From positions 64,001-128,000 of the IMG/VR virus record IMGVR_UViG_3300032308_002092: DNA of 64,000 nt, one strand, 5' to 3'. Positions within the stretch are counted from its first letter, which is position 1. Each line of letters opens with the position of its first letter. Source of the stretch: a virus. Positions 40,126 to 46,784 of this stretch are shown here, piece after piece. The translations under genes and the position numbers were made by a program. Below the pieces are notes generated by a model. It was given only the letters and a program-made list of their open reading frames with translations, did no database searches and had not been told where the DNA came from.

Positions 40126-40572
40126 TTATCCCACCAGGGATCTCAAGTGCTCGGGTAGTGCGGAGAGGTCCACAGTCTTGGCAGCAGACTTAGGCTGTGG
40201 GCGGTTAGCTTCAATGAACGCTTCGAGCTCAGCTGTAACTTCAGATCCCTTAGCGATCAGAGCCGCTTTGAGAGCTAGAGCTTGCTTGAACTCTGGGCTA
40301 CCAGATCGGCTACCAGGGTTCTTGACTTCGTGCTTGACCCCACCGTTGAGGGCAGGTGACTTACGGAGCCAGTTGCTGAGCAGACCTGAAGCGTAGCTTC
40401 GCGCCTTAGCTTCGCTGTACTCCTTGCTCAAGCTGATCTCTCCGTTCATGAGTCCCGCTACGAGCATACCGATTGCTTCCTTGCGTTGCTCACTAGTTAG
40501 GGTGACTGCTTCCGCAGTTACTCCAACGATTGACTGTACGATCTCTACGACTGCCTTTGATTGTGACTTCAT
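40126..40572 (-). CDS. Ribozyme-flanked paralog B (148 aa)
   Basis: RSYASGLLSNWLRKSPALNGGVKHEVKNPGSR; VDLSALPEHLRSLVG. Confidence 0.85.
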   Translation of the reverse strand: MKSQSKAVVEIVQSIVGVTAEAVTLTSEQRKEAIGMLVAGLMNGEISLSKEYSEAKARSYASGLLSNWLRKSPALNGGVKHEVKNPGSRSGSPEFKQALALKAALIAKGSEVTAELEAFIEANRPQPKSAAKTVDLSALPEHLRSLVG

Positions 40573-40590
40573 ATGTAACACTCCTTAATT

Positions 40591-40647
40591 AGACTCATCA
40601 GTGCCAGAACCTACTGGCAGATACCCTTGCTATCGGGTATTTCGTCT
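40591..40647 (-). ncRNA. Type II hammerhead ribozyme HH-d
   Basis: AGAC-GAAA-UACCC(8)GGGUA-UC/-UGCCAG(6)CUGGCA-CUGAUGA-GUCU; AUC cleavage between 40620 and 40619. Confidence 0.92.
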
Positions 40648-40651
40648 TAAG

Positions 40652-40801
40652 TTACCGACAGTAGTGATCGGCGTAGTTGCAGTAGAAGTCATAGACTTCG
40701 TCGTCAGTCCACGAGTCACAAGAGTAGTCTACGTCATCGTTTCCCGCTGCGATCATCTGAGCGAGGATGATGTTCACCGTAGTGCGAAGCGAACCTCTCA
40801 T
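40652..40801 (-). CDS. Unlisted 49-aa acidic peptide (MRGSLRTTVN...DHYCR)
   Basis: AAGGAG SD and CCGATA motif upstream; stop 4 nt before HH-d. Confidence 0.6.
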   Translation of the reverse strand: MRGSLRTTVNIILAQMIAAGNDDVDYSCDSWTDDEVYDFYCNYADHYCR

Positions 40802-40948
40802 ATGAAGCACTCCTTGGTTAATCAACCTTGGTTGGTTGATAGTTATATATGGTATCGGGAAACTGGGGCTGCATCGGATCGTGGGGCCGAGGTGTGGGTT
40901 CGGGTGCTGGGCGTAGCAGTGTCGGGCTTCACGCAGACACCCTCGGTA

Positions 40949-42139
40949 TCACTCCAGACCCTTGCAGGAGCTAGCGTCGTTGCTCTCGTTGGCCTGACAA
41001 GCCACGTACTTCTCGCTGCTTTCCTTGGAGTTAGCCACCGAGATCTCACCTACTACGTTGATGGAGGTGTTGACTACAACTCCGCCCACGATAGCGTACA
41101 CACAGTACAAGACCACTAGTTCGATGCCCATTATAATGCCCCTTATAAACCTTAAAGCCCACTTAAACTGCCATTCTAATAGCTAGAATGGTATTCTAAA
41201 ATCTAGTATGTTATACTTTGCCCTTACCCCGGCAAGTTCTGCTTGTAGTACAAGTCACCCCAGTCGATGTAGAAGTCCTCGACCTTAGCGTGATCCCAAG
41301 CGTCGGACCACAGCTTGATATCCTCGTAGCTATCCATGCTCATCTCCCTGCCAGTCACCAACTTAAAGGCATCGTTCATGAACATATTAGCGTCTACGTA
41401 GTCATGCGAAGCGCACTCATGCTTATGGTTGTGCTTGTTAGCTTCGCATATATCAACCATAGTGGCTAGACCAAGCTCAGCCATCAGTAACTCGGAGAAC
41501 TTTTCTGCTATCTGTTCGTGTAGCTCTACTTCGAAATCCATCGTTCACCCCGGTAAGTTGTCTAGTATAAAGTTAAGCTCTTCTACTACTTCGTCGGAAA
41601 CAGGTTGATCTAGTGCCTCATCAGGTACATCTGGGTAGTATTCCAGCTTGAATTCGTCCCAAGCGAACTGCATTAACTGTCTAAGCGTAAGTTCGTTCAT
41701 TGTCCACCTCTTTCTTCTAAGGCTTGATACACTCGCTTCAGTAGCTCTGTGGGTTCGGTATAGAAATCATCCTTATCTAACTGCACCATATCCAGGTTTA
41801 TCAGCGCCTGACTGAACCTCATATCGGGATAGGTCCTCAAGTAGGTCTCTAGTATCCGTAGTAGCTCCAAGTTAGCATGTAGTCGGACGCTCGTTGGTTG
41901 ACTCATAATAACCTCCTAGTTACATATAGATATAGATTCGGATACGACTATCAGAACCACTCACCCTTTCTTACAATCACCACTCTACTCGCTGTATTGA
42001 CTATCATCGCTCTTCTCCTTCTGCCATCGGAGAAGTATCTCATAGCCTCTTGTAAAGCAGAGAATGAGTGTATAGTCATGAAAGACCGTGCATCAGTTGA
42101 GCCGTGCCAAACCTGAACTTGATACATAATAAACTCCAA
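40949..42139 (-). CDS. Small hypothetical early genes (40949..41131, 41224..41541, 41697..41906, 41951..42139)
   Basis: Co-oriented short ORFs. Confidence 0.5.
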
Positions 42140-42254
42140 TGTGTAAGAGAACTTTGTTATTCTCTTATTAATAATATATAGTTACGGGAATTAAATTCCC
42201 CTGGGCGTAGCAGTGTCAGATAGTGGTATAATACCCTTAGGTTAAGGAGAACAC

Positions 42255-42731
42255 ATGGAAAAGCTAATCAAGCATAGCAACGGGCAGTGGACACTAGTTA
42301 AGGCCAAGGACACTAGTAAGCACGGCAACTTCGGTGGTGGTAACTCCTTTGACGGAGGAGACCAGTATGTCCCCTCTAAAGAGGGTATTGCAGCAAACGC
42401 GGCTAGAGCAGCGGAGCAGAAACGCCTAGAAGCAGAAGCGAGCGCAGTATCGGCTGCACACAAAGATGTAGCCGACAGAGGCGAAGTTCGCCGACGCACC
42501 GAGCCGCCGAAAACCGTAGAAGATCACCCACTACACGGCGAGTTAGTTAATCACTTCAAGAACAAGCATGGGTTGGACCATCACGCTGCGTTTGCTGCGG
42601 CTACTCATGTCATGACTTCGGGCCTCGGCGAAAAGACTCATGAAAGTGACTCAGATAAAGCAGCTACTGGTTCTGGAGCAGCCGAGGCCAAGAAGATCCT
42701 GGCTGGTAAGGTTAAGACCAAGATCTCTTAG
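42255..42731 (+). CDS. Isolated late-type gene, possibly head-internal protein
   Basis: GGTATAAT and AAGGAG upstream; N-terminal MEKLIKHSNGQWTLVKA; Ala/Lys/His-rich. Confidence 0.6.
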   Translation: MEKLIKHSNGQWTLVKAKDTSKHGNFGGGNSFDGGDQYVPSKEGIAANAARAAEQKRLEAEASAVSAAHKDVADRGEVRRRTEPPKTVEDHPLHGELVNHFKNKHGLDHHAAFAAATHVMTSGLGEKTHESDSDKAATGSGAAEAKKILAGKVKTKIS

Positions 42732-42736
42732 TCGTC

Positions 42737-43003
42737 TTATATAAGACCTTGTTCACTCAGTTGCTTCATCAGTGAATCATCATTCTTAGACCCAAAGACT
42801 CTCACTACATCCTCATAATCACATAGTTCATCGGGGTCGTCGTGACATACGAACGCTAGTCCTTCGACTGTCTTCCACACTGAGAACTCATATATGCAGT
42901 GAACTCCTGTCTCTACGTAACCATCAGGTTCAGTGATTGAGCCATCGAACATCTTCCCCGCTTCTAACTCTGCAACAAGTTGATCGACTGTGAACTTACT
43001 CAT
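42737..43003 (-). CDS. Acidic 88-aa protein, paralog of 43080..43346
   Basis: TGVH.IY.F.VW.T.EGL.F.C..DPDE shared. Confidence 0.8.
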   Translation of the reverse strand: MSKFTVDQLVAELEAGKMFDGSITEPDGYVETGVHCIYEFSVWKTVEGLAFVCHDDPDELCDYEDVVRVFGSKNDDSLMKQLSEQGLI

Positions 43004-43020
43004 AGTGACTCCTTAAAGTT

Positions 43021-43080
43021 AGACTCATCAGTGTGACTCTTAGTCACAGACTATCTTCGTTTCGGAAGATAGTTTCGTCT
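43021..43080 (-). ncRNA. Type II hammerhead ribozyme HH-e
   Basis: AGAC-GAAA-CUAUCUUC(6)GAAGAUAG-UC/-UGUGACU(3)AGUCACA-CUGAUGA-GUCU; GUC cleavage between 43049 and 43048. Confidence 0.92.
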
Positions 43081-43346
43081 TATGCGAGACCTACTGCACT
43101 CAGCTGCTGATCAAGAGTGTCGTCTTCCTTATCCTCCTCGAAGAACCGCTTGACATCGTCGTAAGTTAGTATCTCATCGGGGTCTTCAGTGCATATGAAC
43201 CTCAAACCTTCGTCAGTGTCCCACACCTCGAAGTCGTATATGGAGTGAACACCGGTGCTCACGCCTCCGTGTGACAGGAACTCACCTGCAGTTAGTCTAC
43301 CATCGGCGATCGCTTCTTCTAACTCTCTGACTGTGATCTTACTCAT
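43080..43346 (-). CDS. Acidic 88-aa protein, paralog of 42737..43003
   Basis: Shared motif with 42737..43003; GAGGAG SD. Confidence 0.8.
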   Translation of the reverse strand: MSKITVRELEEAIADGRLTAGEFLSHGGVSTGVHSIYDFEVWDTDEGLRFICTEDPDEILTYDDVKRFFEEDKEDDTLDQQLSAVGLA

Positions 43347-43511
43347 GACTTCTCCTCATGTTGTTCACACATTAATAGAATCGGAAAACACACTAATAAA
43401 TATTTAAGTTTTTCAACTCATTTATTTATTAATAATATATAGTTTCGGAAACTATATCCCTGGGCGTAGCAGTGTCAGTGGGTACGGGCACCACGCCCGC
43501 ACCCAACTCAC

Positions 43512-43961
43512 TTAGCCAACCAACTTCTGGAGGTGCTCGGGAAGCGCTGAGATATCCACGGTCTTCTCGGTCTTCACCGGAGCGTTGGCTGCGATGAACA
43601 TCAGGAGCCCAGTAGGAATCTCCTTGCCTTGCTCAGCCAAGTACTTCTTAAGCGCGATCGCTTGCTTGTACTCATTGCTCCCACTTCGTGAGCCTGGGTT
43701 CTTAGCTACGTACTTCACTCCGCCATTCAACTCGGGCGACTTACGTACCCAGTTGTCCAGCAGTCCCACCGAGTAACTCCTCATCTTCTCGGGAGTGTCG
43801 TGCTTAGCCCGAGCACCCGCGCTCATATCAATCTCACCATCAACCAAGCCTTGTGTGATCAGAGTCAAGCACTCTTCTTTCTGCTCCTTGGTCAACTTAA
43901 CTCCGGGAGTAAATCCCTCGATCCCACTCACGATCGCTACGACTGCATCTACTTGCTTCAT
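43512..43961 (-). CDS. Ribozyme-preceded paralog C (149 aa)
   Basis: RSYSVGLLDNWVRKSPELNGGVKYVAKNPGSR; VDISALPEHLQKLVG. Confidence 0.85.
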   Translation of the reverse strand: MKQVDAVVAIVSGIEGFTPGVKLTKEQKEECLTLITQGLVDGEIDMSAGARAKHDTPEKMRSYSVGLLDNWVRKSPELNGGVKYVAKNPGSRSGSNEYKQAIALKKYLAEQGKEIPTGLLMFIAANAPVKTEKTVDISALPEHLQKLVG

Positions 43962-43979
43962 GTAACACTCCTTAAAGTT

Positions 43980-44036
43980 AGACTCATCAGTGCAACCACT
44001 TAGTTGCAGATACCCTTGCTATCGGGTATTTCGTCC
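43980..44036 (-). ncRNA. Type II hammerhead ribozyme HH-f
   Basis: GGAC-GAAA-UACCC(8)GGGUA-UC/-UGCAAC(6)GUUGCA-CUGAUGA-GUCU; AUC cleavage between 44009 and 44008. Confidence 0.92.
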
Positions 44037-44162
44037 TCACTTCTTCTTGAACACTAGTTCCTTAATCACATCGGATACAGTCAGAACTGCGAATCCCCCG
44101 ACTAGAACAACCATCAACATCCACGAGAGTTGCCAGAGATAGATCAGGTAAATCAATTCCAT
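44037..44162 (-). CDS. Unlisted 41-aa membrane peptide
   Basis: AAGGAGG SD; MELIYLIYLWQLSWMLMVVLVGGF...; TGA abuts HH-f. Confidence 0.55.
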   Translation of the reverse strand: MELIYLIYLWQLSWMLMVVLVGGFAVLTVSDVIKELVFKKK

Positions 44163-44380
44163 CGGATCCTCCTTGTAGAGATAGTTAGAATCGGGGAGGT
44201 TATTCTCACCCGTTTCCTTCAGTAAGGGGAGGTAATATCGGGAAGTATACCCGCTAGCCTCTGCTTACAGGGAACCCCTTGTTTCGGAAGTACCGATGAG
44301 GGTGCCTAAACACTCTCTACATACTACTTTTACAACTATTGCCATAAGGGATAAACAACCATACCCACCGCCCTTACCCT

Positions 44381-45043
44381 CTATAGACGCCCACTAGCCT
44401 TAAAACGACTCTTGGGTACTGGTACCCCAAGCTCCTTACATGCCTTCTCAGTTATCTCCCGCTTCCTGAGCCACTCCTTAAGCCTTGCCTTCTCCGCTTC
44501 CACTTCTAGCGCTACCTCACGAGCTTCCCTCTCCCTCGCCTCTCTGTACTTAGCCTCGCCCTTAGCACGAGCCACGGCTATCATCTTAGCCTTTGCCTCT
44601 TCTCTCGTCATCCCGCTGTAGTCGGGTCTAGGCTCGGCCGGCTTAGGCGGCACCGCGTTTGCCACAACGGCGACACCGGATATCTCCGCATCTAGGTAAC
44701 GAGCCTTGGCCCAGATCGCATCGATCTTGTCTTGGCTCAGCCATACCGATGCAGGCTTCTGGTTCTTGTCACGGTTGCAGGTCATGCACAAAGGAACCAC
44801 GTTTAGGCGCTTGGTGCCGGTAGTCTCGACGAGGACGAAGTCACCGCCGTTGCACTTCGGCACGAAGAAGTGGTCTAGCTCCATGCCGTTGTCGTTGGCA
44901 CCGCAGTTGGCACAGGCGCAGTCAAAGGCCTTTAGCAGCTTTAGGGTGTAGCTGCGGCGGAAGCCTTGCTCCCTAGCCGAGTAGCGCTTGTACGAGTTCT
45001 GATCTGTTTTGTATAGGGATGGGTCTTCACTTGGTCTTGTCAC
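44381..45043 (-). CDS. HNH endonuclease with basic C-terminal extension
   Basis: CANCG, LDHFFVP..GG, NVVPLCMTCNRDK. Confidence 0.8.
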   Translation of the reverse strand: MTRPSEDPSLYKTDQNSYKRYSAREQGFRRSYTLKLLKAFDCACANCGANDNGMELDHFFVPKCNGGDFVLVETTGTKRLNVVPLCMTCNRDKNQKPASVWLSQDKIDAIWAKARYLDAEISGVAVVANAVPPKPAEPRPDYSGMTREEAKAKMIAVARAKGEAKYREAREREAREVALEVEAEKARLKEWLRKREITEKACKELGVPVPKSRFKASGRL

Positions 45044-45114
45044 GATTGTCTCCTCATATCACGTAGACGAGGAGGGTATGGGATCGGGGAATATTGGGGG
45101 TAGGGCCGATCGAC

Positions 45115-45714
45115 TTACTTCAGGAACAAGGCTCTTTCTGCTTGGCGGCGCCTAGTTAGGCCAGCCATCACTTGGCCTTTTGCTTTATCCCACTTTAAGA
45201 ACTCATCTGCGGCTTCTTGGAACTTACCCTCGTTGACTCGCTTAAGTAGGGTGGATCCACTTAAGTTACCGACGCCGCAATTGTATGCGAAGCTAACTAG
45301 CGCGGAGAACTGGTTGTCGTTTATGTTCGAGGTGACTAGATCATTTACTTGTTTGCAGAACCTCTCTAGGTCTGTTGTCTTTCTCTGGTCCGCTTGGACT
45401 TGGGTCCACTGCGTGTTTGGTCCGATCTTCGTGGGCTTGCCCTGCGCATCTAGGTTGAAGTAGTCTAAGCCGGTTGATCCCCAGCCGACTGTCCAAGGGT
45501 CGCCTGACATATTTTCCCAACCCTTGACCCTCTTACTTAAAATCTTTCTTAGTTGTTGGGCTAGGGCTGAGGCCGGGTCCGCATAGGCCTTTAGGACGCA
45601 AGACTCGTAGGACTTTATCAAGTCCATGCCTTCTTTAGTTATAGTTCTCACTTTGTCGTCTCCTTCTTTTGGAGGTTCAGGGATAATATTCTTCACCATA
45701 TCGAATACGTTCAT
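45115..45714 (-). CDS. Phage lysozyme (GH24-like endolysin)
   Basis: LIKSYES...AYAD, WTVGWG, NQFSALVSFAYNCG, STLLK, GLTRRRQAE. Confidence 0.9.
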   Translation of the reverse strand: MNVFDMVKNIIPEPPKEGDDKVRTITKEGMDLIKSYESCVLKAYADPASALAQQLRKILSKRVKGWENMSGDPWTVGWGSTGLDYFNLDAQGKPTKIGPNTQWTQVQADQRKTTDLERFCKQVNDLVTSNINDNQFSALVSFAYNCGVGNLSGSTLLKRVNEGKFQEAADEFLKWDKAKGQVMAGLTRRRQAERALFLK

Positions 45715-45929
45715 CTTTGCTCAACCTCTATTAGCTTATCTATTATGGCAGATACTGCGGCCCTAGAGTAGGAGCCATCCCCGGTTCGCTTAAAACCAAC
45801 CGCGTCTGCGCAGCTAGTATAAGTTCCGTCTGCCCTCTTCTTCATCTTTGCTAGAGGGCAGGTTTCACAAACCGACTGTGAAAAACTGTTGCATGAGTCC
45901 GTGTCTGCTATGATATATAAGTGTTCCAT
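45711..45929 (-). CDS. Small Cys-containing hypothetical protein
   Basis: Likely start MEHLYII; coupled to lysozyme by ATGA. Confidence 0.5.
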   Translation of the reverse strand: MEHLYIIADTDSCNSFSQSVCETCPLAKMKKRADGTYTSCADAVGFKRTGDGSYSRAAVSAIIDKLIEVEQR

Positions 45930-45953
45930 GTTTGTATTATAACAGGAAATGAG

Positions 45954-46736
45954 ATGACGAACCCAATAGATAAGCCAAACGCCCCTACTCCTGTATCGCC
46001 CCAATCCTATAATAGTTATATGCCACCCAATATACACGACTTTAGTGTAAAGAGGGATTCCTTTAATGAGCTTATACAGAACAGAGGGATCAGGTTCCTT
46101 CACTCTAAGGCTTACCCGTGCTCAAACATGAAGAGCCTGAGTGACAACAACCACGATCCGCTTTGTCCCCACTGCGATGGAAGCGGCATACTATACTACG
46201 ATACAAAAGAGATATTTGGTTTCTTCTCGTCTAATTCAATCGAACGTCAGTTCGAGAAACAAGGCGTCTGGGAGATCGGTACCGTAGTGGTCACGTTCCC
46301 AACTGAGTATCCAGATGGCGTCGAAGCAGACTTTTCTATGTTCGATAAGGTACAAGTTACTGATTTTACAGTAAGATTATGGGAACTAAAGGAGTTTGAG
46401 ACTAGGGTCGGGCTTATACAAAAACTAAGATATCCAATAGTTAAAACAGCTAGGATTGAAGCCGCCAATAACTCCACTAGAAAAGAATACATTGAGGGAC
46501 AAGACTTTAATATAGTTGATGGAAGTATAGCCTGGATTCAAGGAAGACAGCCTCCCGAAGGACAGGTGTACTCTGCTAATTATTACTGTAAGCCAGTGTA
46601 TATAGTGCTGAATCCGATGAGAGAACTAAGGGTGACACAAGAGATGTCAGGAACGGAGAAGACAGCTAGGAGAATGCCGCAGCAGGTTGTTCTTCGTAGG
46701 GACTTCTTTGTTAATGGCCCAGAAACACTGAAGTAA
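45954..46736 (+). CDS. Probable neck/head-completion protein
   Basis: First gene of late block; YPC..CPHCDGSG motif; position. Confidence 0.55.
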   Translation: MTNPIDKPNAPTPVSPQSYNSYMPPNIHDFSVKRDSFNELIQNRGIRFLHSKAYPCSNMKSLSDNNHDPLCPHCDGSGILYYDTKEIFGFFSSNSIERQFEKQGVWEIGTVVVTFPTEYPDGVEADFSMFDKVQVTDFTVRLWELKEFETRVGLIQKLRYPIVKTARIEAANNSTRKEYIEGQDFNIVDGSIAWIQGRQPPEGQVYSANYYCKPVYIVLNPMRELRVTQEMSGTEKTARRMPQQVVLRRDFFVNGPETLK

Positions 46737-46784
46737 GCCCCTTGAGACCGTATAATGGTCTATAGGGAATACGGAGATTAGCCA

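Larger units (their letters stand above)
31235..43478 (+). repeat. Dispersed intergenic 17-mer GGGCGTAGCAGTGTCAG, five copies
   Basis: 31235 (lacking GGG), 39249, 40909 (ends GTCGG), 42203, 43462. Confidence 0.85.
1661..45090 (-). promoter_or_regulatory. Dispersed early promoter-like motif WT(T/C)CCGA(T/A), >20 copies
   Basis: Intergenic, typically 25-40 nt before minus-strand starts, e.g. 1661, 3114, 10630, 14995, 20944, 21882, 24727, 25444, 28553, 32150, 33926, 34777, 40041, 40854, 43380, 45083. Confidence 0.7.

Noticed and set aside
43479-43505. Hairpin followed by CUGAC after paralog C, as a ribozyme
   Set aside because: No GAAA/stem III, and CUGAC belongs to the 17-mer repeat; treated as a plain hairpin.
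44205-44300. Possible seventh hammerhead (minus strand CCGAAAC...GUA...CUGAAGGA)
   Set aside because: The core is not CUGANGA, stems I and II do not close properly, and TTCCGAAAC is explained by the promoter motif.
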